Assembly: GCA_036272895.1 (NCBI GenBank)
Contig: DATAXW010000001.1
Span: 1,409-65,408, forward strand
Direction of reading: 5' to 3'
Length of the DNA stretch: 64,000 bases
From: Acidobacteriaceae bacterium
GTDB lineage: Bacteria > Acidobacteriota > Terriglobia > Terriglobales > Acidobacteriaceae
Part shown: one piece after another, positions 46,035 through 55,641 of the stretch
How positions within the stretch are numbered: position 1 is the stretch's first letter
Layout: the number at the start of each line of letters is the position of its first letter
Position numbers and translations under genes: made by a program
Notes under the pieces: model-generated
Databases searched by the model: none
Told to the model about the DNA's origin: nothing
What the model saw: only the letters and a program-made list of their open reading frames with translations

Positions 46035-46247
46035 TCCACTCCTCGGTCGACCGATGGAATAAAAGCCCCGAGAGTGCGCGCGGTTCCCTGCCCGGCGCAG
46101 ATCGTTGGGCCTATGCTCGATCATCCGCCGCCCCGCACGGGGTATCAATGATGCTTTTGGGGGAAAACTCCCGGGAGCATCTGGTGGTGCGAGGCAGGTG
46201 TTGACAGTCTAAACTTAGAACGCAGCAGATGAAATGATTGAGGGACT

Positions 46248-47615
46248 ATGCCGAATAAGAACGACGCTCCCAGCGCCGATGCAGTCAGCCTTCGCCTTGA
46301 ACGCCTGAAGACACACACAGCGAGCATCGGAGTCATCGGACTCGGATATGTGGGCCTGCCGTTGTCGCTTCTGTTTGCCGAGGCGGGTTTTGTGGTCACG
46401 GGGTTCGACATCGACCAGAAGAAGGTGGCCGATCTGGAGGCGGGGCGGTCGTATATCTTCCGCATCCCGGAGACGGAGATACAGGACGCGCGGGTGAAGG
46501 GCTTTCGCGCGACCAGCGACTTCTCGCGGCTCACCGAACAGGACGCGATCATCCTGTGCGTGCCAACGCCGCTGACCGGGCATCGCGAGCCGGATCTGAG
46601 CTTTATTGAGAACACCGCGCGCGCTGTCGCTCCGTGGCTGCGCGAGGGCCAGCTGGTAGTGCTGGAGAGCACGACGTATCCGGGGACAACCGAAGATCTG
46701 ATGATCCCGATCCTGGAGAAGGAGAACAAGGCCGGGCTGAAGGTGAAGGGACCGGAGACGAAGGACGGCGACCGCGTCTTTTATGTGGCGTTTTCTCCGG
46801 AGCGCGAGGACCCGGGCAACACGTCCGTCGCGCGCCGCGATATTCCGAAGGTGGTGGGCGGACACGAGGAGACGGCAACCGAACTGGCGGCGACGTTGTA
46901 TGAGGGCATCTTTACGCGGGCGGTGCGGGTGTCGTCGACGCGCGCGGCGGAGATGACGAAGCTGCTGGAGAACATCTACCGCTGCGTGAACATTGCGCTG
47001 GTGAATGAGCTGAAGGTGCTGGCGCTGCGGATGGGGATGGACATCTGGGAGGTGATCGACGCGGCTTCGACGAAGCCGTTTGGATTTCATCCGTTCTATC
47101 CGGGACCGGGGCTGGGCGGGCACTGCATTCCGATCGATCCGTTTTATCTGAGCTGGAAGGCGAAGGAGTACGACTTCAACACGCGCTTTATCGAGCTGGC
47201 GGGCGAGGTGAACGAGGCGATGCCCGAGTTTGTGGTGCAGAGCGTGGCGAAGGCGCTGAACCAGCAGCGCAAGCCGCTGAATGGATCAAAGGTCCTGATG
47301 CTGGGCATGGCGTACAAGAAGGACATCGACGATCTGCGCGAGTCGCCATCGCTGACGATTATCGAGCTGCTGCGCAAGGAGGGAGCGACGGTGGATTACA
47401 ACGATCCGTACTTCCCTACCGTGGGCCAGGGACGCCATTACAAGCTGAATATGACGTGCACGCCGCTCGATAAGCTGGAGCAGTACGATTGCGTGCTGAT
47501 TGTGACCGATCACTCCGACTATGACTACAAGGACATTGTGAAGCGGTCGCAGCTGGTAGTGGATTCGCGGAATGCGACCAAGGGAATTGTGTCGCCGAAG
47601 GTCTTTCGCTGCTAA
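46248..47615 (+). CDS. Nucleotide-sugar 6-dehydrogenase (UDP-GlcNAc dehydrogenase, WbpA/TviB-like)
   Basis: GLGYVGLP, CVPTP, LESTTYPGTT, FSPEREDPG, GLGGHCIPIDP, AYKKDIDDLRESP. Confidence 0.93.
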   Translation: MPNKNDAPSADAVSLRLERLKTHTASIGVIGLGYVGLPLSLLFAEAGFVVTGFDIDQKKVADLEAGRSYIFRIPETEIQDARVKGFRATSDFSRLTEQDAIILCVPTPLTGHREPDLSFIENTARAVAPWLREGQLVVLESTTYPGTTEDLMIPILEKENKAGLKVKGPETKDGDRVFYVAFSPEREDPGNTSVARRDIPKVVGGHEETATELAATLYEGIFTRAVRVSSTRAAEMTKLLENIYRCVNIALVNELKVLALRMGMDIWEVIDAASTKPFGFHPFYPGPGLGGHCIPIDPFYLSWKAKEYDFNTRFIELAGEVNEAMPEFVVQSVAKALNQQRKPLNGSKVLMLGMAYKKDIDDLRESPSLTIIELLRKEGATVDYNDPYFPTVGQGRHYKLNMTCTPLDKLEQYDCVLIVTDHSDYDYKDIVKRSQLVVDSRNATKGIVSPKVFRC

Positions 47616-47657
47616 GGGCGCGGCGGTTGACGGCTTGGATCTGCGCTCGGGGCGTGC

Positions 47658-48866
47658 TCAGGGCGTTGCGAGCAGGTTTTGATAGACGGCGACGAGCTGC
47701 TTCATCATCGCTTCGGTGGTGAAGCGGTCAGCGACGCGCTGGCGGCCGGCGCGGCCCATGGTCTTTGCGAGGTCGGGGGCGCTGAGGATCTCACGCAGGG
47801 CAGAGGCGAGAGCATCGACGTTCTCCGGCGGAACGATTCTTCCGGTGGCGCCATCGAGCACGGCTTCGGCATTTCCTCCGACACGGGTGGCAACGACGGG
47901 CAGCGCCGCGGCCATGGCTTCGACGATGGCGTTGGAGAAGCCTTCACTGCGCGAGGGCAGGACGAAGAGATCGGCGGTGCGAAGAAATGAGGGGAGATCG
48001 GTGACGTTGCCGGCGAAGGTGAAGCGGTCTTCGAGATGCAGTTGGCTGACGAGCGCCTGGAGCTCCGCGTAGAAGTCGGGCTCGAGCACCTGGCCGGCGA
48101 TGCTGAAGTGGGCGGTGGGAAACTCGGGTGCGAGGATGGCGGCGGCGCGGAGGAAGACGTCGTGTCCTTTCACGCGCCGGATGTTGCCGACGGTGACGAT
48201 GGAGGGGCCGCGCGAGGAGCGCTCGGCGTGTATGCCCAGCCAGGAGGAGAGGTCGAGGCCGTTGTAGAGCGTCTCGACGCGGTCGGGGGCGATGCGATCG
48301 ACATCGATGGTGTAGCGTCGCACCTCCTCGGAGACGGCAAAGACGCGGTTGGGGAGATTACGCAGCAGGCGGTAGGCGAGATGGTGCTTGGGTCCGCGGA
48401 GGATGCCCATGTCGCGGCGGCTCCAGATGAGCTTGGTGTGGCCGAGGAGTTTTGCGATGGGGCCGATGAACAGATCGGAGCTTTCGAAGAAGGTCTGGAC
48501 GAGATGAACGTCTTCGCGGCGCAGGAAGCGGCGGAGCTCGATGGCGGCGCGGAGGGCCTCCGGCCCGAAGGTGCGATGGAGTGGAAGAAGATAGATGGGG
48601 CAGGGGACGGGCTCGGCCAGCGCGGCACTCTCGGGATCCGCGGCGAGAGTGAGGATGGAGACACGATAGCCATAGGCCGGGAGGAGATGCGCGAGGCGCA
48701 GGACGACGCGCTCGCCGCCGCCGAGGGTGCGGGGGAGCTGATCGACGGCGAGGAGGATGTGCGGACGCGATGGGCTGGGCGGAGGTGCGTCCGTGGGGCC
48801 GGCGCGCAGAAGCTCAACACGCGGAGGGGAGCGACGCGCGCCAGCGGCGGAGTTGCCCTGGTTCAC
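47658..48866 (-). CDS. Glycosyltransferase family 4
   Basis: GGGER, VGNIRRVKG, FVLPSRSEGFSNAIVEAMAA. Confidence 0.92.
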   Translation of the reverse strand: MNQGNSAAGARRSPPRVELLRAGPTDAPPPSPSRPHILLAVDQLPRTLGGGERVVLRLAHLLPAYGYRVSILTLAADPESAALAEPVPCPIYLLPLHRTFGPEALRAAIELRRFLRREDVHLVQTFFESSDLFIGPIAKLLGHTKLIWSRRDMGILRGPKHHLAYRLLRNLPNRVFAVSEEVRRYTIDVDRIAPDRVETLYNGLDLSSWLGIHAERSSRGPSIVTVGNIRRVKGHDVFLRAAAILAPEFPTAHFSIAGQVLEPDFYAELQALVSQLHLEDRFTFAGNVTDLPSFLRTADLFVLPSRSEGFSNAIVEAMAAALPVVATRVGGNAEAVLDGATGRIVPPENVDALASALREILSAPDLAKTMGRAGRQRVADRFTTEAMMKQLVAVYQNLLATP

Positions 48867-50207
48867 CTACCGGTACTCCATGACGGCGAGCGGGAGCGGC
48901 TCCTCGACGGGCTGTGCCGCAAGCGCGGGCTCGGCAAGCGCGAGCTGCTGGGCGCGAGCAACGGCGGCCATCAGCACCCAGAGCAGGCCGTTGATCTCCA
49001 GATAGGTCCAACGATCGCCGAAGCAGTTGGCGACGACGCAGGAACACATGGCGAGAAAGCAGCCGAGGCCGAGAGCGGTGTAGAGCGGATCGTTTCCGCT
49101 CCGGTAGAGACGGAAGGAGCTGGAGAACATCTGGAAGAGCATGACCAGAGCGATGACGCCCCCGACGATTCCGGTTTCCACCAGGACTTTGACGTACCAG
49201 TTGTGCGTGTCCTTGAGATCGCCGACGTGATCGCCGAACTCGAAGGTCGCAAAGCCGTTGCCCAGGAGCGGACTTCGATAGAAGGACTTCTTGGCGTTCT
49301 CCCAGAGCAGGACGCGGTCCTCGGCGGATTGATCGAGCTGGCCGTTCGCGTTCTTGGTCATCTCGACCCGTTCGGTGACGGCGACCGGAACGATCGTCTT
49401 CCAGGTCAAAAGGAAGAGCGGCAGAAGCAGCAGGAGTTTGCGGTCTTTGAGAATCGCCAGGACAGCAATGCTGAAGAGGAGGGCAAGATAGGAGGCCCGG
49501 GAGAAGGTGTACATGGTGGCAAAGATGGTGGCTGCAACCAGGGCATAACAGAGCAGCTTGACCTTCTTGCGCTTCATGATCTTTCCAAAGCCCCAGAAGA
49601 ACATTCCGAACTGGGCGAGAAATGCCGCGAGTTGATTGGAGCCATAGACTAATGGGCCGGCATCGCGCTTGCTCTCGTCAAAGGAGGTCCAGCTTCTGGA
49701 AAGGGTGTCGAGGATGGATGCCCGGTCGACGAGCGCGAGCGAAACACCGACCAGAAGGACGATGCGCCGGATCGTCTTTCGGTCCTCAATGACCAGTCCG
49801 GCTGCGACGAAGAACAGCGGCAGCATCAGGTAGTCTTTCCAGGTGACGAAGTTCGGATCGTTGAGCCACAGCGGCAGAGGGGCCGTGCCCATGGCAGAGC
49901 CGAGCCACAGGGAGAAGTAGAGATAGACCGCGAAGATGAGCCAGATGAGATAGAGCTTTGACTTGGGCAGACGTTTGCCGTGCAGCAGAGCGCCGATAAT
50001 GATGGCGATCACCAGCAGCGTGAGCACGTTGGCGGCCAAGGGATAGCCGGCGAGGACGAACTTGTCCCGCATGGAACGATAGGGGATGAAGGGCATGGCG
50101 TAGTACAGGCCCTGGAGGGGCTTTCCCATTAGCGAGGCGATGATCATCACCCAGAAGCCAAGGTAGGCAATCAGCGGGATGTAGTGTCCTAACCCTGTTC
50201 CGAGCAC
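48867..50207 (-). CDS. O-antigen ligase / Wzy-like polymerase
   Basis: About 11 TMs; TFSRASY, SAEDRVLLW, PLLGNG, DTHNWYVKVLVETGIVG. Confidence 0.88.
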   Translation of the reverse strand: MLGTGLGHYIPLIAYLGFWVMIIASLMGKPLQGLYYAMPFIPYRSMRDKFVLAGYPLAANVLTLLVIAIIIGALLHGKRLPKSKLYLIWLIFAVYLYFSLWLGSAMGTAPLPLWLNDPNFVTWKDYLMLPLFFVAAGLVIEDRKTIRRIVLLVGVSLALVDRASILDTLSRSWTSFDESKRDAGPLVYGSNQLAAFLAQFGMFFWGFGKIMKRKKVKLLCYALVAATIFATMYTFSRASYLALLFSIAVLAILKDRKLLLLLPLFLLTWKTIVPVAVTERVEMTKNANGQLDQSAEDRVLLWENAKKSFYRSPLLGNGFATFEFGDHVGDLKDTHNWYVKVLVETGIVGGVIALVMLFQMFSSSFRLYRSGNDPLYTALGLGCFLAMCSCVVANCFGDRWTYLEINGLLWVLMAAVARAQQLALAEPALAAQPVEEPLPLAVMEYR

Positions 50208-50237
50208 GTGACCTCCGGCGAATCCGAGCCAATTGGG

Positions 50238-51347
50238 CTAGACCCAGACCTTCTTCCGGCCGGCAGCGAAGTTATAGAAGGCGAGCGCAGCGGCCATGTT
50301 GAGCATGGCAAAGGTCTCCGCGACCGCGATGGCGCGAAAACGCCGCGCCGACGGGCTTAGCGATCCCAACGCCGCCAGCCCATAGAATACCAGTTGCGCG
50401 GCGAAGATCGCCTTGTAGAAGAGACCTGCAGCAAGCGCGGAACTGATGAGTAAAAGGATCAAGAGAAACGGGACAACCAGCCGCAGAAGCTTGTGGCTGA
50501 CGAAGCGAAAGAGCAGCGGATTCCTGGGTGTCAGCAGCCAGGGAGCGAGCTGCAGGAGCTGGTAGTTGCCGGTGAGGGTGCGGACTTTGCGAGCGAACTC
50601 TTTGCCGGGCCGGTGAAAGATCGTGTCGCGAGCGATGGCGGTGGGCTGAAAGACGACTCGGCTGCCGGCGCGCGCGACGTTCATGGGCAGGAGCACGTCG
50701 TCGAGGAGAGTTCCTTCGGGAAGCGGGACGTAGAGCTCGCGGCGAAGGGCACAGATGGCCCCGGTGACGCCGACGACAGAGCCGGTGAGGGATTCGAGCC
50801 GGCGGACGACCTTTTCGATCTTCCAGTAGAGCCCGAGGGCGTCGCCGGCGGGGCGGCCTTGGGCGTCTTCGAGGAGCAGCTCTCCGCTGACGGCGCCGAC
50901 GCGCGGATCGGCAAAGCAGGAGCAGAGCTCGTGGAGAACGTTGCGGTCGACGGCCTGGCGGGTGTCAAAGAAGACGAGAACCTCGCCGTGCGCGGCCTGG
51001 ACAGCGGCGTTGAGCGCGATGGCCTTCCCTTTTGCCTCAGGCAGAAGGATGGGAACGATGTAGGGAGCGTTGGCGAGCAGGATCTCGGCAGTGCGGTCGG
51101 TCGAGCCATCGGAGGCGACGATGATCTCGAGCCTGTTCGCGGGATAGTCGAGGCGGCGGAGGGTCTCGAGCTTTGGGGGAAGATTTGCCTCTTCGTTATG
51201 CGCGGCCATGATGATGGAGACGGAGGGCGTCATGGGGGATACGAGGACCGGGCGGGAGCGCAGCGAGGCGAGCAGGCGAAGCCAGAGGGCATAGCCGGCG
51301 TAGGTGTAGAGAATGAGCAGCAGCGACGCCCAGAAGAGTTCCTTCAC
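50238..51347 (-). CDS. Glycosyltransferase family 2 (membrane-anchored)
   Basis: SIIMAAHNEE, SDGSTD, FFDT, LLDD; GTG 51347 with GAGGAG RBS. Confidence 0.9.
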   Translation of the reverse strand: MKELFWASLLLILYTYAGYALWLRLLASLRSRPVLVSPMTPSVSIIMAAHNEEANLPPKLETLRRLDYPANRLEIIVASDGSTDRTAEILLANAPYIVPILLPEAKGKAIALNAAVQAAHGEVLVFFDTRQAVDRNVLHELCSCFADPRVGAVSGELLLEDAQGRPAGDALGLYWKIEKVVRRLESLTGSVVGVTGAICALRRELYVPLPEGTLLDDVLLPMNVARAGSRVVFQPTAIARDTIFHRPGKEFARKVRTLTGNYQLLQLAPWLLTPRNPLLFRFVSHKLLRLVVPFLLILLLISSALAAGLFYKAIFAAQLVFYGLAALGSLSPSARRFRAIAVAETFAMLNMAAALAFYNFAAGRKKVWV

Positions 51348-51613
51348 AGCGCTCCTCGAAGACGGGTCATGAGAGGCCCGGACGGATGCATGATCCCCCA
51401 AAAGAAGTATGGGCGTTCGGAGGCGCGGCGGGAATGCTCCAGTGGTGTCATGGAGGCAGAATAAAGCCACATAATGCCCGCCGGGTGTCGCAATTCCCTT
51501 GTGGAGTCAGAGCCGATAAGGTGGAGGGGTAAATAGCAGAAACCGGGAATGTTGGTCTGGTCAGCGGTTGATATCATAACCACCACGACACCCTGCAGGT
51601 TTCAAAGAGAGAG

Positions 51614-52207
51614 ATGGGCAAGTTTTCGGAAGATCTGGCGCGGTACCGGCAGAAAGGATACCGGGGGAAAGAGCTGTGGCTGGAACCAACCGTTTGGTCG
51701 ATTGGAAGTTATCGGCTGGGCAATTGGCTGCACATGAGACGACCGACGGCGATTGTCCGGATCCCGCTGAAGGTTATTTCGTTTTTCCTCCTGAAGTTCT
51801 GCCTGGTGTTCATGGAGATGGATATCGACGCGCAGGCGACGATCGGGGGCGGTCTGTACATCGGGCACATCGGCGGAGTCCATATTAACCAGGGGGCGGT
51901 GCTCGGCAGGAACTGCGATTTGGCGCACCGGATCACCATTGGCGCCTCGGCGATGGGCCGGAGCGGTATTCCGGTGTTGGGCGACGAGGTGTATATCGGC
52001 ACGGGCGCGGTGCTGCTGGGGAAGATCAGGGTCGGCGATGGGGCGAAGATCGCAGCCAATACGCTGGTGATGACGAATGTGCCCGCGGGAGCGACGGTGA
52101 TGGGCGTGCCGGGAAGGATTGTGATGCGTCCGCAAGTGAAGACGGCGGAGCCCGCGACGACAGCGCAGCCGGCGGCGGAGACAGTGGAGACGATGGATGT
52201 TGAGTGA
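51614..52207 (+). CDS. Serine O-acetyltransferase-like hexapeptide-repeat acyltransferase
   Basis: IGGGLYIGH, PVLGDEVYIGTGAVLLG.IRVGD.AKIAAN, VPAGATVMGVPGR. Confidence 0.88.
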   Translation: MGKFSEDLARYRQKGYRGKELWLEPTVWSIGSYRLGNWLHMRRPTAIVRIPLKVISFFLLKFCLVFMEMDIDAQATIGGGLYIGHIGGVHINQGAVLGRNCDLAHRITIGASAMGRSGIPVLGDEVYIGTGAVLLGKIRVGDGAKIAANTLVMTNVPAGATVMGVPGRIVMRPQVKTAEPATTAQPAAETVETMDVE

Positions 52208-54149
52208 GGCAGAAAGGCAGGAGCTGCGGGGGCGCATCAAAGCTGCGGCGGCGGAGCAGCAGCCCGCGGTGCTTCTTGCGGAGATGAAGCAGCTGATCCG
52301 CGGGTCTGCGAAGGCGGCTCCGGATGCGATGTTCTGCGCCTCGGCGCTGGAGAAGATTTCGGATACTCTTGTTGCGCAGAAGAACGTGCGCCGGGTGAAG
52401 ACATTTATTGTGCGCTCGGTGACGCTCGAGCCGTTGTTGCCGTTTCTGAGGGTCGAAGCGGCGCTGACGGGGCTGTTGCTCGACGTGGAGATGGGCGGAT
52501 ACGGCTCTTACGTTGACGACATGCTGAACGCGCAGGGAGCCCTGACGCGCTTCGCCCCTGAGCTGGTGTTGGTGGTGCTTGAACTGGAAGACGTAGCGGG
52601 AGCGCTGCCGGAGCTGTGCGCGAATGGCGGCGGCGAGGCTGTTGAGCAGGAGATTGAGGCGGCGGCGGAGCGGATGGGACAGATGCTGCGCGGCTTGCGT
52701 GCGCGAAGCTCGGCGCGGATGGTGGTGCAGGGGTTTGTCGTGCCGGACTCGAGCTCGCTGGGAGATGTGGGCGATGCCAATGTGCGCGACAGCCTTCCCC
52801 GCGCAGTGGAACGGCTGAATGAGCGGGTGGCCGCATTGTGCCGATCGATTGCCGACTGTGTGTTCTTCGATGTGGACCGACTGGCGGCGCGATATGGACG
52901 CAGGCAATGGCGGGATGTGCGGATGTTTCTTTCGTCGCGTCTGAGTATTGCAGCGGATGCGTTTAGCGTCTATGCGCGTGGGATGGCGCGGTCGTCCTCG
53001 GCGCTGTTTCGCGCGCCGCGCAAGGTGTTGTGCACGGATCTCGATAACACGCTGTGGGGCGGCGTGCTGGGCGAGGAAGGGCCGGAGGGTATCGCAACCG
53101 GAGGTGCGTTTCCGGGCAACTGCTATCTGGAGTATCAGCGGTATCTGAAGCAGTTGGCTTCGCGTGGAATTTTGCTGGCTGCCGTTTCAAAGAACAACGA
53201 GTCAGACGTCATAGAGGCATTTGAGATGCGCGCAGCCGATCTGGCTCTGAGCCTCAGCGACTTTGTCGCGAAGAAGATCAGTTGGAGAGACAAGGCGGAG
53301 TCTTTGCGAGAGCTGGCTGCGGAGCTGTCGCTGGGCCTCGATTCGTTTGTCTTTGTCGATGACAACCCCGTGGAGTGCGAGGCGATCCGGCGTGCACTGC
53401 CCGAGGTTGCGGTGATTGGCGCGCCGCTGGATGAGCCGTGGCGGCTGCTGGAGATGCTGGCGGAGGAGCCGTTCTTCGACGCGGTGGTGGTGACTGAGGA
53501 CGATGTGAACCGCACGCAGGAGTATCGCGCACAGGCGCAGAGAGCCGAGCTCGCGACCAGTGCGGCGACTCGCGAGGAGTTTCTGGCGTCGCTGGGCATT
53601 GTCTGCACCTTCCTTCCGGTGGCCGAGGCTCCGTTGGCGCGTGCGGTTCAGTTGCTGGCCAAGACGAACCAGTTCAACCTGACCACGCGGCGACAGTCCG
53701 CGGCGGAGGTGGAGAGGTTTGCCTCCGCGGATGGCGGCCAGGCAATTGCCGTGCGGGTGCGGGACCGATTTGGAGACGCGGGCGTGGTTGGACTGGCGCT
53801 CGCGGAGACGAAGGGCGACACGTGTTTCATCGATTCCCTGCTGCTGTCCTGCCGCGTGATCGGCCGGGGTATCGAGAGTGCGTTGCTCGCAGAGATTATG
53901 CAGCGCGCGCGAAGAATGGGATCGCGGCGAGTGGTGGGCGAATATGCGCCTACACGCAAGAACGGATTGTGCGCCAACTTTTTTGCGGAGCACGGCTTCG
54001 TTCGCTCGGGTGCCGAGAACTCGTCGAAGGACGAGCCGGTATGCTATGAGTTCGATCTGCGCGCAGGAGCTGTGGAGAGTCCTGCGTGGTTAACTTTGGA
54101 AGGAACGGAAGAGTATGAGTTTGCAGAAGGTACCCACGTCACTTCGTGA
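52197..54149 (+). CDS. fkbH: FkbH-like HAD-IIIC glyceryl transferase/phosphatase
   Basis: DLDNTLWGG (HAD motif I), SKNN, FVDDNPVE, KTNQFNLTT, DRFGDAG, LLSCRVIGRGIE. Confidence 0.92.
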   Translation: MLSEAERQELRGRIKAAAAEQQPAVLLAEMKQLIRGSAKAAPDAMFCASALEKISDTLVAQKNVRRVKTFIVRSVTLEPLLPFLRVEAALTGLLLDVEMGGYGSYVDDMLNAQGALTRFAPELVLVVLELEDVAGALPELCANGGGEAVEQEIEAAAERMGQMLRGLRARSSARMVVQGFVVPDSSSLGDVGDANVRDSLPRAVERLNERVAALCRSIADCVFFDVDRLAARYGRRQWRDVRMFLSSRLSIAADAFSVYARGMARSSSALFRAPRKVLCTDLDNTLWGGVLGEEGPEGIATGGAFPGNCYLEYQRYLKQLASRGILLAAVSKNNESDVIEAFEMRAADLALSLSDFVAKKISWRDKAESLRELAAELSLGLDSFVFVDDNPVECEAIRRALPEVAVIGAPLDEPWRLLEMLAEEPFFDAVVVTEDDVNRTQEYRAQAQRAELATSAATREEFLASLGIVCTFLPVAEAPLARAVQLLAKTNQFNLTTRRQSAAEVERFASADGGQAIAVRVRDRFGDAGVVGLALAETKGDTCFIDSLLLSCRVIGRGIESALLAEIMQRARRMGSRRVVGEYAPTRKNGLCANFFAEHGFVRSGAENSSKDEPVCYEFDLRAGAVESPAWLTLEGTEEYEFAEGTHVTS

Positions 54150-54363
54150 CATTCTGGCCGACACGCTGGAGATCTCGCCGGAGGAGGTGACGCCGGAGCT
54201 GAATACCGAGGCGGTAGAGGCGTGGGATTCGTTCCGGCACCTTCAATTGATGCTGGCAGTCGAGGGCGAATACGGCGTGCAGTTCGATCCGCGGCAGATT
54301 CCCGAGCTGACGAGCGTTCGAAAGATTCAGGACGCGCTGGAGTCCAAGGGAGTGTCGCTGTGA
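54115..54363 (+). CDS. Acyl carrier protein
   Basis: 82 aa, acidic; WDSFRHL phosphopantetheine motif; follows FkbH. Confidence 0.88.
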   Translation: MSLQKVPTSLRDILADTLEISPEEVTPELNTEAVEAWDSFRHLQLMLAVEGEYGVQFDPRQIPELTSVRKIQDALESKGVSL

Positions 54364-54833
54364 CCGATGGTGTTCATAGGAATGGCGTTGATCCGGGCGA
54401 GGAGTTCGGGTTCAAGCTGAAGCATGTGGGCGTGGCGGTCCCAGAGCTGGATGCGGCGGCGGAGATGCTGGAGACGCTGCTTGGCTACAAGGTAGTCGCC
54501 GGCCCGTTCGATGATCCGATCCAGAAGGTGACGGTGAACTTTCTGAAGCAGAGCGGAGAGGACGCGGCGGAGATCGAACTGATCGCACCGCTGACAGAGG
54601 ATGCGCCGATTCGATCGATCTTGGCCAAGGGCTCGGGTGCGGCGTATCACCTGTGCTTTGAGACGACGGATCTGGACGGCGCGCTGAAGCATGCGAAGAG
54701 CAAGGGATGCATGATGGTGAGTCCGCCCGCGCCTGCGGTGGCCTTTGGAGGGCGCAGGATTGCATGGTTCTATACGCCGACGCGCCAACTGTTCGAGCTT
54801 GTCGAAGCCGCCCAGGCCAAGGGTTCGGAGTAG
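54360..54833 (+). CDS. VOC-family (glyoxalase / methylmalonyl-CoA epimerase-like) protein
   Basis: KHVGVAV, IELIAP, YHLCFE, FELVE give the H/E/H/E metal-ligand pattern; GTGA overlap with the ACP stop. Confidence 0.85.
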   Translation: MTDGVHRNGVDPGEEFGFKLKHVGVAVPELDAAAEMLETLLGYKVVAGPFDDPIQKVTVNFLKQSGEDAAEIELIAPLTEDAPIRSILAKGSGAAYHLCFETTDLDGALKHAKSKGCMMVSPPAPAVAFGGRRIAWFYTPTRQLFELVEAAQAKGSE

Positions 54834-54876
54834 CTGTTGATGCGGAGCGATGCGGCCGCAAGAACGATCGACTGAA

Positions 54877-55641
54877 ATGAAGCGTCTCTACTTTCTCTAT
54901 CACGAGCTTCGACAAGTCCCGAGTCCTTACTCGTATGTGGTCTCGTGTGGGCGGTTTGAGCAGCATTGCGAGCTTTTTGCGCGACTGCGGGCAGCGGAGA
55001 GCGATACTCTGCGGCCGGAGATCACGTTTGATGACGGGCACCGGTCGAACTACGAGTTTGCGCTGCCGGTGCTTGAGCGTCATGGGTTGACCGCGCACTT
55101 CTTCGTGACCGTCGGCTGGATGGGGCAGCGGGCGGGATACATGGGGTGGGATGAGCTGCGCGCGTTGCATGCGAGCGGGCAAACGATTGGCGCGCACGGA
55201 TGGACGCACACGCTGCTGACCCACTGTGCGCTGAGCGATCTGGATCGCGAACTTTCGGGTGCGCGACGAAAGCTGGAGGATGAGCTGGGCGCGGCGGTGA
55301 CGTCGATGTCGCTGCCCGGAGGGCGAAGCAATCGGCTGGTGCTGGATGCATGCTGGAAGGCGGGCTACACGGAGGTGTTTACGTCGCTGCCGATGGCGCA
55401 GCCGGAGGCGGTCTCTGGGGAGACATCGATCGGGCGGTTGAACGTGCGGGGCACGATGAGCGCAGCGTGGCTGGAGCAGGTGCTTCGCCCGGAGAGTGGG
55501 CTGCTGGTGAAGATGGAGCGGCGCGAGCGGGTGAAGACTGCGGCGAAGACGATTCTCGGCGATGCGCTGTACGCACGACTCTGGTCGGTGGGGAATCGGG
55601 AGGAGCCGGACAGTGGCACCCATGGGGCGCCGAGCGAATGA
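54877..55641 (+). CDS. Polysaccharide deacetylase (CE4/NodB-like)
   Basis: LYHE, ITFDDG, GAHGWTH, SLPGG; ATG 54850 is an alternative start. Confidence 0.88.
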   Translation: MKRLYFLYHELRQVPSPYSYVVSCGRFEQHCELFARLRAAESDTLRPEITFDDGHRSNYEFALPVLERHGLTAHFFVTVGWMGQRAGYMGWDELRALHASGQTIGAHGWTHTLLTHCALSDLDRELSGARRKLEDELGAAVTSMSLPGGRSNRLVLDACWKAGYTEVFTSLPMAQPEAVSGETSIGRLNVRGTMSAAWLEQVLRPESGLLVKMERRERVKTAAKTILGDALYARLWSVGNREEPDSGTHGAPSE

